From Patescibacteria group bacterium (GTDB taxonomy: Bacteria; Patescibacteriota; Microgenomatia; UBA10105; UBA927): a stretch of 64,000 bases of DNA. The position numbers were made by a program, and so were the translations under genes. The DNA is taken from positions 105 through 64,104 of the forward strand of contig DATKGN010000007.1 in NCBI GenBank assembly GCA_035510735.1, written 5' to 3'. Position 1 is the first letter of the stretch. Each line of letters starts with the position of its first letter. Shown here one piece after another: positions 20,570 to 30,841 of this stretch. The notes under the pieces are model-generated. The model saw nothing but the letters and a program-made list of their open reading frames with translations, was not told the origin of the DNA and did not search any database.

Positions 20570-22114
20570 TTATAGAATCCCATCCGAATATACGTTTGTG
20601 CCATAGAGAGCTCTTTTAATATCACTCATGCGAGCCTGCGAGATCCTGCCCTGATATAGATCGAGAAATTTTTCTACTCTACCCATTTCGCCAGTCAATA
20701 TGCCTTTTTTTCTCCACGTATCTATAGCAGTTAATAAGCCAATTGCCGCCTGATCTCTCTCATGTGAAAGATCAAAAGCGAGTCCATGTCGGACAACAGA
20801 AAGTCCGCCATCCACGCTCATCATGCGGGGCATATACCGGACCATTTTGGCGTAACTCCCGTGCCGACGCTCCGCCTGCTCATCTAACATCTCGCCAATG
20901 AGATCGCCCACATGATAATCATGCGCATCCCACCACGCGTAAAGCTCTGCAATTTCAATATCAACATCCTGAGTCGGAATCTTTCTCACCTTGTTTATAA
21001 GATTTCTCACCCGCCGGTCCGTAGGCTTAAACCATCGTAAGAAAAGAATTCCAATCCGCTGATCCGTCCCGTAGTATAAATACCGTTCTAAAAACGGTTC
21101 GAATTCCTTTTTATAACTGACGAATCGACGTAACATATAGTCAACTATGCCGGATCTGACTTCCTCATCCTGATAATTGAGCCCTTTTAATAAGGGAACC
21201 AAAAGTTTATTGTGCCAATGCCGACTATCCATATCATTGGCGATTGTCACAGCAATATGCGCAATTTGTTGCTTCCAAGCGGTCGTAATTTTTTTCATTT
21301 CGACCGGTGAACAACGCCAATCCTCCTGAAGCGGCAGTTTATAGAGCTTCACGGCTGCGTCGATAAATGCTTCTCTTGCATCAGTAACATTATGTTCTAG
21401 AGCCGCGCCCACGAGTCCCGAGGTAATTTCAAGATCTCCTGAGGTAATTTCATGGACATCACCCTCCAACATTTCTGATTGAGCGTCTTCTATGATCAAT
21501 GAAGATAAAAACTTCTTTGCATACCATGATTTATTATGCGGCTCCGTTCCGTTTTTGAACGTGTCATCACTAAATGTATCTAACCCCATTTGTACCAATT
21601 TCCAAAGCCGAAATTGATAGTCAACGACATTGTCGACATTTGATAAGTTACTTTGAACTTTGTCGATAGCACGCATCGTTTGAGTAAAATACTCCTCTTT
21701 TTTTCTCGAGTAGAGAGTATTATCTTGCCATATCATAGTTGTTGCAAGTGCCCGTCCAACATACTTTGGTATTTTCTCATCAAATTCGGGTGAATTGAAA
21801 AAGTTATTTTCCTGTGCCACATACAGTGCGCCTTCAACAAGCCGTTTGTGCATTCCTTCAGGAGATATAATTGCCCGTCCGCCAAGATGTTCCATTGCAA
21901 AGGATTCTCCGGGGATAGCACCTGAGGAGACAATATCGATCGCGCGCATCCATTTGTCGATATCGCGACCATCCAAGGATTGCGCAATAAATAGAGAATG
22001 CTGCTCTTTATTATTTAATTGAAGTTTAAGGTTTTCCTGCATAATACCAGTCCGTTTTTGGAGCAGATGAACGTTATGTCCAGGATAATATATCAACCGG
22101 GCCCGTTGTGTCAA
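20570..22114 (-). CDS. hypothetical protein, paralog family A
   Basis: 'KYVGRALATTMIWQDN' and 'WKLVQMGLDTF' blocks align with family A members. Confidence 0.5.
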   Translation of the reverse strand: MTQRARLIYYPGHNVHLLQKRTGIMQENLKLQLNNKEQHSLFIAQSLDGRDIDKWMRAIDIVSSGAIPGESFAMEHLGGRAIISPEGMHKRLVEGALYVAQENNFFNSPEFDEKIPKYVGRALATTMIWQDNTLYSRKKEEYFTQTMRAIDKVQSNLSNVDNVVDYQFRLWKLVQMGLDTFSDDTFKNGTEPHNKSWYAKKFLSSLIIEDAQSEMLEGDVHEITSGDLEITSGLVGAALEHNVTDAREAFIDAAVKLYKLPLQEDWRCSPVEMKKITTAWKQQIAHIAVTIANDMDSRHWHNKLLVPLLKGLNYQDEEVRSGIVDYMLRRFVSYKKEFEPFLERYLYYGTDQRIGILFLRWFKPTDRRVRNLINKVRKIPTQDVDIEIAELYAWWDAHDYHVGDLIGEMLDEQAERRHGSYAKMVRYMPRMMSVDGGLSVVRHGLAFDLSHERDQAAIGLLTAIDTWRKKGILTGEMGRVEKFLDLYQGRISQARMSDIKRALYGTNVYSDGIL

Positions 22115-22142
22115 TCTAAAAGATAGCGTATTAATACACCTG

Positions 22143-22395
22143 ACTGTGGGTACCGATGTTTACAAGGAGAACAGTATCATCGCTTCGGGTAAATAGTATT
22201 CGTAAATCGTATCCGACGGAAAAACTCCACGTTTCTCGTTCATATCCATCCAACTTGTGAATACGGAGAACCGGGTGTTTCGGATTCAATCTGAATTGTT
22301 CAATTTTCTCTTTAACAATTTGAGCCTTTTGGGCATCTCGTTTTACCAGCCGTTTATACGGCTCTCACAAAAGAGGGCGCTAATTCAAGGTTCAT
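22143..22395 (-). pseudogene. ParE/RelE-family toxin disrupted by a -1 frameshift (or sequencing error)
   Basis: Minus-strand ATG at 22395 overlaps the ParD stop (ATGA). Frame 1 gives 'MNLELAPSFVRAV*'. The adjacent frame continues 'KRLVKRDAQKAQIVKEKIEQFRLNPKHPVLRIHKLDGYERETWSFSVGYDLRILFTRSDDTVLLVNIGTHSQVY*', a typical RelE/ParE pattern. Confidence 0.55.
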
Positions 22396-22640
22396 AGTGC
22401 ATCTAAATCATCGATTTTATTAATCGGAGTCGTCTTTCCCGCTTTATAGTCTTTCCATGCTTGATCAACCAATGTTATTTGACGCTTATTCATCGGTATA
22501 ATTGGAATCTCCGGCTCCAATAGCCTACGAAGAGCATCACGAATAACTTCGCTCAGCGATCCATAGTACCCTTTTTTTACCTGTTCTCGAGCTGCTTTCG
22601 CAAGCTGTTTTGGCAATGATATATTGACTGTATAATTCAT
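22392..22640 (-). CDS. parD: ParD/CopG-type ribbon-helix-helix antitoxin
   Basis: 'ISLPKQLAKAAREQVKKGYYGSLSEVIRDALRRLLE' matches the RHH antitoxin pattern; 82 aa; immediately upstream of the toxin remnant. Confidence 0.65.
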   Translation of the reverse strand: MNYTVNISLPKQLAKAAREQVKKGYYGSLSEVIRDALRRLLEPEIPIIPMNKRQITLVDQAWKDYKAGKTTPINKIDDLDAL

Positions 22641-22672
22641 ATATGAATATCATACAATTTTTGTATGTATTG

Positions 22673-23311
22673 TCAAACATCGTTCATCGCATGGAGCTCG
22701 CGGAATTCATCGGAAACTGAGTGTATTCTGTAGGCTACAACTTCCCCTTCAGTCCCCCGTTCAATCCCCGTGTAAATATGCCGCATGATCCAGGGAAATT
22801 CACTTTCCCACCGTACAAAATGCTTTCCGGGCATGTGATGATACATCAGAAGCTCCTTTGAGTCTTTCGCATGCCATAAGGTAAAATCCTCAACCGCCTC
22901 ATATTTGAGCACATCGAGTAAAAAAGGGCATGTGAGGGCGAATTCTACCATCTCCTCCCTGGCTGCAACAGAAAGATGTTGCGGATCGTCAGGCGGCCGC
23001 CGTATTGACTGTCCTACGACGCCACGCTGGCCCCACATCTCCCTCGGCCGGTCATAGGCATGTTTGTACAATTGGTAGGGCGTCGCTCCAGCCGGAACGG
23101 ATAATAATGACCCTAATTCGCGGACTAATTCTGTTGGCTTATGGTGAGTTGTCTCCCACACCCAATGAATATAGTTGGGGCCAATGGAAAGAAATTTCGC
23201 CGTTCCCGTTTCAAAATCTTTATATGCACCGGATAGCCAAAATGACGGATCAAGATACTTCTTGGTCATTACTCCATCGGCAAACACATGGCGTAGATCT
23301 TCATTGGACAT
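22673..23311 (-). CDS. hypothetical protein (212 aa)
   Basis: ORF; no recognisable motif. Confidence 0.45.
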   Translation of the reverse strand: MSNEDLRHVFADGVMTKKYLDPSFWLSGAYKDFETGTAKFLSIGPNYIHWVWETTHHKPTELVRELGSLLSVPAGATPYQLYKHAYDRPREMWGQRGVVGQSIRRPPDDPQHLSVAAREEMVEFALTCPFLLDVLKYEAVEDFTLWHAKDSKELLMYHHMPGKHFVRWESEFPWIMRHIYTGIERGTEGEVVAYRIHSVSDEFRELHAMNDV

Positions 23312-23382
23312 ACTTTAGTATGCGGAACGCATGAGATGATAATACTATAAGACTATATTAAAGTAAAATCCCGATGAAGCGT

Positions 23383-24879
23383 TTATTGGAGTAATTCTAA
23401 AATAGCCTTCTCATACGACCCGACCGGATATTTACGATAGGCTTCAACCATTTCTTCAATGTTCATACGAAGAACAGCGCCATCCGGACCATCCAAAAAC
23501 CCTTTCTTCTTCCACAGTTTTACCGATTCTTCAAATACCTGTGCGGCCACGACCTGGGAATCATGTGCGATGAGACAATCCCTAAAAAACATCATAGCAG
23601 TATCCACGGAAATAAATGGAAGCGCGCGGATAACCTCATCCCGCGCCGCAGCTGTACCGTTAAAATCGCTAATAATCTTCACTTGAGCTCCATCACGGTG
23701 CATTATATTACGCGACGCGTCGGCTTCAATTTCAGCGAGCGAGATATACGTTGCAATTCGGACGGGCTTTCGCGGGTCATCTAAAAACGTATACGTGAGA
23801 TTCGAAAACGTCTCTTTGGAAGTATCCGTCGGAACGCATGCGATAAGCGATGCCGCAGCAAGCGCTAAATCCGCATCATAGCGGAACGCCGACGCCGCCA
23901 AATGCCTGAGAAGCTGATTCGCAAACCAACCGCCGCCTGAAGTGTACCTTTCCTTTATTTTTGTATATATAAGGGGTTTCGCTTCCTCATCTGCCATCGA
24001 CAACAGTCCGATAAATCCATCCAATCCTTCTTCCCGGTCCAAGCGTTCATAAAAAGTCATGAGGTTCTCAATGAACCTATGTTTAGCTCTGTTGTCATAA
24101 TTTCGCCCGCGGACTTCGTCCCCCCGGTCTATAGGGAATAGTCGATGCGCATATGTATTAACCCCGTCAATCATTATTGCCCGTATAGGATCAACAGAAG
24201 ACGGAAAATATCCCAACACTTCACCGGGCCATGCGTCTACGCTCGGAGCGCCCTTTAACACCTGCTCGGAAATCATATCCGCCATGACCATCGTGCCAAC
24301 CCGCGAAGTATATTCCGGGGCGAACTCCTGTACTCCATTGACGAGAAACATCCAGAGCGCATAGTTCCACGTTTTACCTCCGCGATCGACGAGTTTCGTC
24401 GCCACATTATGAGCCCATTCTTTCTCCCCCAGATACTCTCTCCACGGGTCACCTGCATCCGCCCGTTTCCCGAGGAAAGTAAAGCCCTCCGTCATAGACA
24501 GAAGCGCCACCTGGCTCAACACCTGCTTAAACCGTTTTTGCGTGCTTTCGGGGGGGAAATACGATTCGAATGTTGTTTTGAATTGATCTATCGTACTATC
24601 AAGGAGTGTATTTGTTAGCTTTTTGAGACTCTCTTCACGGTTGACGAGCGGACCATGGGTTCTCATACAATCCGTAATGTAGCCAAATATTCCGCCGGTT
24701 TCAGGAGTTGTGATCTGGCCAACGACTGCCTCCCAATCACGTAGACCAATATCTTTTCGGCTTAGGGTATCAACCACATGTTCTATCGTCCAAATTTCAC
24801 GGGCGTCACCAGTAGAGAAAGATTCGAAGGCTCTCAGGTTCGGATACGGAAGTGCTGCTTCTGCTTGTGATGTCGGCAT
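23383..24879 (-). CDS. hypothetical protein, probable paralog family A
   Basis: Similar length and architecture; 'NYALWMFLVNGVQEF' and HEAT-like 'KPVRIATYISLAEI'; assignment weaker than for other members. Confidence 0.45.
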   Translation of the reverse strand: MPTSQAEAALPYPNLRAFESFSTGDAREIWTIEHVVDTLSRKDIGLRDWEAVVGQITTPETGGIFGYITDCMRTHGPLVNREESLKKLTNTLLDSTIDQFKTTFESYFPPESTQKRFKQVLSQVALLSMTEGFTFLGKRADAGDPWREYLGEKEWAHNVATKLVDRGGKTWNYALWMFLVNGVQEFAPEYTSRVGTMVMADMISEQVLKGAPSVDAWPGEVLGYFPSSVDPIRAIMIDGVNTYAHRLFPIDRGDEVRGRNYDNRAKHRFIENLMTFYERLDREEGLDGFIGLLSMADEEAKPLIYTKIKERYTSGGGWFANQLLRHLAASAFRYDADLALAAASLIACVPTDTSKETFSNLTYTFLDDPRKPVRIATYISLAEIEADASRNIMHRDGAQVKIISDFNGTAAARDEVIRALPFISVDTAMMFFRDCLIAHDSQVVAAQVFEESVKLWKKKGFLDGPDGAVLRMNIEEMVEAYRKYPVGSYEKAILELLQ

Positions 24880-24999
24880 AATGAAAAATAACCGGCAGGA
24901 GGACTAATTAATGCCGAACTATAGTACGATTACTTCGACCTGTCAAGCAAAGTTGATAAATATCGAAGTGGGGATATTTCGGCCGGTACTAATGGGAAA

Positions 25000-25644
25000 T
25001 TATCGCTGTACCAGACTGTACGTCGAATCGTCCCGATGGCGACCATGCCGCTCTCTCACAATGCTCCACACCCCAGTAGTGTCAAAGTCAAGCTTGTGAT
25101 TTATTTCTGCGATCGTATCTATAATCTCTTTCGGCTTCATATCGTGAAGCCGCAGATCCAATTCAAGAAAACGTAGCTTTGATTGATCACCGTACGCACG
25201 GGATAATTCTAAAAATATCTTAAGCTCTGCGGGAGCCAATCGCGGCTCAGCTTCTGTTTGATTAATGACGGTCGCATACCGCATCATGACCAACAGCCTA
25301 GACATATCATGCTCAAAGGGAACCCCCGAAAACCAATCAGGATCGGGCATAAAACCAGCAGGTCTAAGTATTGTCCCCGGCTCCTGAACCCCATCCAGAT
25401 AGACATATCCGTGTCCCGTTATCGTAAAAAGAGACCCATTTCGCTTCGGAGCCTCGTTGTGACGAACCCGCCATATGAGCTCGTTTACACCGTTTTCCGG
25501 ATTCGGATTACCGGGAAAAAATTTTAATTGAAATTCCTCAGTTGTAATCAATTTGTTTTCATTAAGAAAAAAATGCCGCATGGCACGCTCAGCGATCGGA
25601 TAGTCCGAATAATCGATATAATATTCATGCGGCTTTTCAACCAT
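25000..25644 (-). CDS. hypothetical protein (214 aa)
   Basis: ORF; no recognisable motif. Confidence 0.45.
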   Translation of the reverse strand: MVEKPHEYYIDYSDYPIAERAMRHFFLNENKLITTEEFQLKFFPGNPNPENGVNELIWRVRHNEAPKRNGSLFTITGHGYVYLDGVQEPGTILRPAGFMPDPDWFSGVPFEHDMSRLLVMMRYATVINQTEAEPRLAPAELKIFLELSRAYGDQSKLRFLELDLRLHDMKPKEIIDTIAEINHKLDFDTTGVWSIVRERHGRHRDDSTYSLVQR

Positions 25645-25764
25645 AATATCCTATAATTATAACATACAGCCACAAAACTATCCAGATTACGCTATGAATA
25701 GCCAAGCGAATTCACGCAGTTCATACGTTGACAAAAATAGAAATGAGCCTATACTACGCTCCAT

Positions 25765-26499
25765 ATGACTACTCCGGAAGAAATCAAAGCCACTCCTGAT
25801 AAACAATACTACGAAACGCGCGAAAGTTCTCTTGAAATACCCCCGGTAATTAAAAAGCACGGATCGTACGCTTATTTCCCCGTCGTTGAGGATGCCGGAC
25901 AATCATCTTTAGCAGGAATTAAAATCAAGGGAACTTCACACGGATCTCTTTTATTCCCTTCATTTACCTATAACGGTGACCCTGTTATCCTTTCCATGTC
26001 AAATCAACCCACGAGCGATGATCCTAAAAACTATCGGTACAACCTGGAGGGACATGGATTGCTCATCCCCCACTATGGAGTATTCAAAAATAAAAATTTA
26101 AATATATATCAGCCGTCGAATACTCCCTGGAATATCGAAGCTCATGGGTCGGTAATCGCCCAAGCACATTATGATGCATCTGATCAGGCAATGTGGATAA
26201 TGATCACCAACCGCACGCTTCCGATCTCAGTACACTTAGACAGAAAACAGACCTGTTCATTTCTTGTCGAATCTGAAAAAATATTTTACGATTTGTTATT
26301 CCGGGATTTTTCTGATTATTACGATCCGACGATGAAAGAAAAACATCCGCACGCATTTGTTCGATTTCCAAACCATCATGAAATGGAATTAACCGAATCA
26401 CATAGAACGCAATCCTGGGTAATGAATGGTAAGGATCTGTGTACGTTCTCATTCCTCACGCCGGCGCAGCAACCCATAACCCCAACAGCAACTGAATAA
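25765..26499 (+). CDS. hypothetical protein (244 aa), tandem paralog 1
   Basis: Collinear with 26544..27281 (GIKIKGTSHGSLLFPSFTYNGDPVILSMSNQP vs GIKLPLGQKASLVYPSFTVRDSPVHIILESMP; both end '...GKxLCTFSFLTP'); 'tcctataat' -10-like box about 105 nt upstream. Confidence 0.5.
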   Translation: MTTPEEIKATPDKQYYETRESSLEIPPVIKKHGSYAYFPVVEDAGQSSLAGIKIKGTSHGSLLFPSFTYNGDPVILSMSNQPTSDDPKNYRYNLEGHGLLIPHYGVFKNKNLNIYQPSNTPWNIEAHGSVIAQAHYDASDQAMWIMITNRTLPISVHLDRKQTCSFLVESEKIFYDLLFRDFSDYYDPTMKEKHPHAFVRFPNHHEMELTESHRTQSWVMNGKDLCTFSFLTPAQQPITPTATE

Positions 26500-26543
26500 A
26501 ATCTTTATCCTGCAATTGACAGCGACAAATCGTTCGTATTATC

Positions 26544-27281
26544 ATGCCGCGCATGGCAGTACCGGCAGAAACCACCATCCGTCCTTGGCTCGACTTGCAA
26601 TACAGTTCTGTTGAGATTCCATCCAATCTGGAAAATGCAGGGTTGTATATTGAGTTCCCCACAAATCCAGACACCGGTAAAATCGCACTCACCGGCATAA
26701 AACTACCACTTGGACAAAAAGCTTCACTTGTCTATCCATCATTTACCGTTCGCGACAGTCCCGTACATATTATTCTAGAAAGTATGCCGGCAAGAGGAGC
26801 GTTCCCAGAACTCGGTAAGCGAGCGTATCCGGAGCAAGGGAAAATAACGTATGTGTATAGCGGGGTAAAAGGTGGGCATTTTCTGATATCACGTTCCAGC
26901 GAAAACCCGTGGAAGATTGGCATATTGAGAGAAACGGTAGCCAACGCATACTGGGATAGCAAGGACCGTTCGCTCCACATCAATCCAACTTTGGCAACAC
27001 TCCCAGTTGCGATCCTCGTGCACCCCAGGCGAACGTGTACATTTTTTGTCGATTATCAAGGACAATCGCGCCCGCTTGACGTAGAGGATGTATCGCAAGG
27101 GAAAAGCGAGGTTGGCCGGCCCAATCCAAGAGCGTTTGTGGAATTCCACACGGGCAAGCTAGCACGATTGAATCCGTTTCGCCCCACGACATCATGGATG
27201 GTTGGCGGCAAAACGTTATGTACGTTTTCATTTCTCACGCCGCCCCTCGGGCTCACGAAGCAGGAAGCTCCACAATCTTAA
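26544..27281 (+). CDS. hypothetical protein (245 aa), tandem paralog 2
   Basis: See 25765..26499. Confidence 0.5.
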   Translation: MPRMAVPAETTIRPWLDLQYSSVEIPSNLENAGLYIEFPTNPDTGKIALTGIKLPLGQKASLVYPSFTVRDSPVHIILESMPARGAFPELGKRAYPEQGKITYVYSGVKGGHFLISRSSENPWKIGILRETVANAYWDSKDRSLHINPTLATLPVAILVHPRRTCTFFVDYQGQSRPLDVEDVSQGKSEVGRPNPRAFVEFHTGKLARLNPFRPTTSWMVGGKTLCTFSFLTPPLGLTKQEAPQS

Positions 27282-27961
27282 GTTGATGTAACGGGGTTTA
27301 TCGCTTCGGTCCCAGACACAAATGTAGCACCGGGAGAAAGAATCAGTGTGCCCTCCAGAGCATGAAGATGAGGATTCACTGGCGGTCCGACACGGACTTC
27401 TGTATAGTGAAAAAGTTCCCGTCCGCCTACATCGACTCCAGGGAGCAATGAAGAGCTGTGTTCATACGCTTCAACCAGAACCGAGGCGTCTTTTCCGTTC
27501 CACTGATGGTTAATAACCATCCATGAGTCGTGCGCTTTGTAAAAACGGGAAATAACCGCCGCTGCACCAGGATCACTTACTGCAATTTCCTGATGATCGT
27601 CGCGGTTCAAAAGCACCATGCTGATACTTGCCGGCACCTCCACTTTGGATGCTATCTGCAGCGCGTCTACAAGCGTTCCAACGTCAGTAGGGATCGTCCA
27701 ATCAAGCCCGACGTAGGAAGAGGTTTCCGGAATCCACATTTTCATCCCTGCCGGAGTTTTGATATGATTCCAATCGCCCTTGTGGTTCCTCGTCTGAAGA
27801 TCCAGCAATTCCAAATTGCCGATCTCAACCGGCTTAAAAACCGCTTTCCCTCTGTTTTCAGAACTTAGTGCTGCTTCAACGTGAAATGCCATAGATTTAT
27901 CCGCCAATAACCTCCACAACACCAGCGCCACCGAATCCTGGTTCTTTGGGCTGACAATCAT
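27278..27961 (-). CDS. hypothetical protein (227 aa)
   Basis: ORF; overlaps upstream ORF by 65 nt out of frame. Confidence 0.4.
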   Translation of the reverse strand: MIVSPKNQDSVALVLWRLLADKSMAFHVEAALSSENRGKAVFKPVEIGNLELLDLQTRNHKGDWNHIKTPAGMKMWIPETSSYVGLDWTIPTDVGTLVDALQIASKVEVPASISMVLLNRDDHQEIAVSDPGAAAVISRFYKAHDSWMVINHQWNGKDASVLVEAYEHSSSLLPGVDVGGRELFHYTEVRVGPPVNPHLHALEGTLILSPGATFVSGTEAINPVTST

Positions 27962-28526
27962 GAAATACTACAATAAGCTTTGGTGGCGGAACGTCAGATG
28001 AGGGTGTTCCGAGCATAAAATATTTCTTGTCATTATACGGTTCAACAGTCGTCACAGAAAGCCCTATCGCCTTTCTCATCGTATTTTCCCTAATCTGCAT
28101 AACATGACCGTCAACATCAAATCCAAGGGTTGTATTCCACGGGGGTAAACCTTTTGCACCATACACTAAATCTATAGAGCGATGTAACCCGGGGAACGGT
28201 ATATCCGCTCGTTTAGCAACAAGAAGTCTGGATTGTTTTAGTTTTGGTTGCACAACAACGATCGGCGCCTCAGGCATAACGACTAACCACTTCATATCCA
28301 ACTCTTCATGACGAAGATCATGCCAACCATCACCTAATATTGTTGTTAATTCACCGATCCCCCTGATAAACCCATTCATTTCTCGTTGTTGTTCAGAATT
28401 CAGCTCTTGAGGATACGATTGTCCAGCTCTCACTTCTATATTCGGACTATATGTGAGCGCTAACCCTAATTTAACCGCTTGAGTAAATATATCAGGTTGA
28501 ACTTCTTTTACTGCTGTTGTTGACAT
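27897..28526 (-). CDS. hypothetical protein (209 aa)
   Basis: ORF; 65-nt out-of-frame overlap with downstream ORF. Confidence 0.4.
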   Translation of the reverse strand: MSTTAVKEVQPDIFTQAVKLGLALTYSPNIEVRAGQSYPQELNSEQQREMNGFIRGIGELTTILGDGWHDLRHEELDMKWLVVMPEAPIVVVQPKLKQSRLLVAKRADIPFPGLHRSIDLVYGAKGLPPWNTTLGFDVDGHVMQIRENTMRKAIGLSVTTVEPYNDKKYFMLGTPSSDVPPPKLIVVFHDCQPKEPGFGGAGVVEVIGG

Positions 28527-28600
28527 AACAAATCCCTTAGTGGACAGCTAGAGTATGCTGCGAATAATATATCGACGAACCGATTGTGTCAACAAATGAA

Positions 28601-29830
28601 TTATCGGGAGCCATTCACAAACGAAACCAGATATGGATGAAATTGCCGCGCGATCGCAAATATTTCACCGAGCACCTGCTCGCGGGTGTACCCCTTCTCA
28701 ACCAATTTTCGCATGTCCCACTTTTCTACTATAAAATTATAACCCACCGACTCGGTATCCCCTTTCTCAATGTGTGCGATGCGAAATAGTAACCCTATTG
28801 AATTTTCAGGATCAAGCGCTTCGCCAAAGAACGTAATCGAATGCATATTTGATATGCAATAATCACCAAATTTCTCAATCATCTCGCCTATCGATTCGTC
28901 ATTATCGCCAAAAACAGACATCATCTCTGTGGGGAATACTACCATGCCTTCAATCCTGCCTCCCTTTTCATTCTCTTCGTCATCAGTCGACTTCATATCT
29001 ATCTTGTAAACCATGCCATCTATCGTGACCTGTCCGCCAGTTTCATATTCAATCGGCTCCGTCCCTTCGACCGGCTCTAGCCACTCGCCCCGAACTTCAT
29101 GAGCACCCAATGCACTAATCGCGCTCACCGGCCATGCGGGGGGTTTCGTCTCAATGCGTTCTTCCCGCTTTTTGATAAGCTTCGGTATCTCATTTTGGAT
29201 AAAGGTAGGCGTGTATTCTTTGAGCGTTCGTACCAAATTCCCCAAACGCTCGGCTATTTGAGCGCCGTACTGCTCGCGTGTCATGCCGTCATGCGTATTT
29301 GGATCGTGGTAATGACCCACGGGGGTATCTTCAACTTCTATATCAAGCGTGTCATCGTCCTCCGCCTCGCTACTTATACACGCAGCTCCGGAATCGGTCG
29401 CCAACCCGTTCTCATGCATGCGCCAATTAAGACTTGTGTGTCCCTCTTCGCGAAGCCTATCAACCCAGTCGGTCCATGCGTCATCAAGCTCATCTGTAAA
29501 TGACAACAGTTCTTCATCAAACGGCGCGATCGGTACGTGCACGGTGGCACAGAGGAATTCCCACACATCGTCTTCATCCTGACTGCCGGTATGAGACCAC
29601 GATGCGTCAAACTTCACCCAGTCGCCCGTGCTATCTTCCCAACCCGGCGCCCAAAGAAAACCCTGAAGTACATAGTTTTTTGCCTCTTCCGGATCACGGA
29701 ATAGATGCGGTTCAAATCCGGGTTCGGCGCACACAAACCGCGACCGTATAAACCCCTGCAAGAATTCCGGGGCTTTCGTCAGGGATAATTCGGGATATGG
29801 TTTACCATCAAACGTTTCAAGACCACCCAT
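28601..29830 (-). CDS. hypothetical acidic protein (409 aa)
   Basis: Long ORF, Asp/Glu-rich; no recognisable motif. Confidence 0.45.
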   Translation of the reverse strand: MGGLETFDGKPYPELSLTKAPEFLQGFIRSRFVCAEPGFEPHLFRDPEEAKNYVLQGFLWAPGWEDSTGDWVKFDASWSHTGSQDEDDVWEFLCATVHVPIAPFDEELLSFTDELDDAWTDWVDRLREEGHTSLNWRMHENGLATDSGAACISSEAEDDDTLDIEVEDTPVGHYHDPNTHDGMTREQYGAQIAERLGNLVRTLKEYTPTFIQNEIPKLIKKREERIETKPPAWPVSAISALGAHEVRGEWLEPVEGTEPIEYETGGQVTIDGMVYKIDMKSTDDEENEKGGRIEGMVVFPTEMMSVFGDNDESIGEMIEKFGDYCISNMHSITFFGEALDPENSIGLLFRIAHIEKGDTESVGYNFIVEKWDMRKLVEKGYTREQVLGEIFAIARQFHPYLVSFVNGSR

Positions 29831-29986
29831 AGGCCGCTACTATAGCCTAAAACACCCAGAAGTGCAAATTAAAACCCTCTCCGAAATGACCGGCGACTTC
29901 GAACTAACGTGTATTCAAACGTACATATAGCGGACACATTCACATACTATTGATTTATTATCTTTATAGGATATATAATACGTGGT

Positions 29987-30805
29987 ATGAAATCGCAGGC
30001 AGAAGAAGCACGCAGGTCGCCACTTGGGCCTTCAGAAGCATTTTTACCACCGCAATTATTTGATCCGTCCTTATGGATACCGGTGAAAAAACTCGGTGAT
30101 AATGTGCCCATCGAAATATATGTCACAGGGCTTATCCTTTCTGATACATCACTTTTTTGGCAAAAATCCGCAGATTACGGCACCGAAACGATTTTTATCG
30201 TCGATAAATCACAAATCACACGAATAGATTGTAAACCTATGGTCCCTTTTCTGGATGCCCCCGATTGGGTGCAGGAAGCCAACAAGACGCTCCCAAAAGA
30301 CGACGAGATGATGTTCCAGGAACTAACCTCTGCCATGATTGATCCTCATAAGACATTCGCGCAACTATCTCACCAATCGGTTGTCTATACACCCGACGGA
30401 GCGAAGAATGATATTCTTGTGGCCCACACAGTGATATTGCGCCTGAATCATCCGAAAATCCCATTCATCCCGCCGCTTATAGAAATTTCCGACCCCGTAG
30501 GCAATGCGTTTGTCGATATCGGGGAACTTCAGGAGCGGCGCACACTCCTCGTCTCAACGGCGTTTTCAATAGAAACCCGCGTAGAAAGTGACGGTAAAAT
30601 GCCCGATATGAATATAAGCACGAAACTCATTTCGGAACACGAACAGCGACATACCAAAGTTCAGGAAGGTGCTGATCTTCAAAGTATTGGACTGCAACTC
30701 TTTGGCGTACGGGTCCAAAATGATAAAACATCCTTTAATGCCACTGAGGCTCAACTTCTGGAAAAAACCACCTTGCGCCTCAGGCAGCCAACGGAAAACT
30801 TCTGA
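29987..30805 (+). CDS. hypothetical protein (272 aa)
   Basis: ORF; no recognisable motif. Confidence 0.45.
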   Translation: MKSQAEEARRSPLGPSEAFLPPQLFDPSLWIPVKKLGDNVPIEIYVTGLILSDTSLFWQKSADYGTETIFIVDKSQITRIDCKPMVPFLDAPDWVQEANKTLPKDDEMMFQELTSAMIDPHKTFAQLSHQSVVYTPDGAKNDILVAHTVILRLNHPKIPFIPPLIEISDPVGNAFVDIGELQERRTLLVSTAFSIETRVESDGKMPDMNISTKLISEHEQRHTKVQEGADLQSIGLQLFGVRVQNDKTSFNATEAQLLEKTTLRLRQPTENF

Positions 30806-30841
30806 CGCGGCGGCAGACTCTCGGATAAAGTAAATGGGGCA

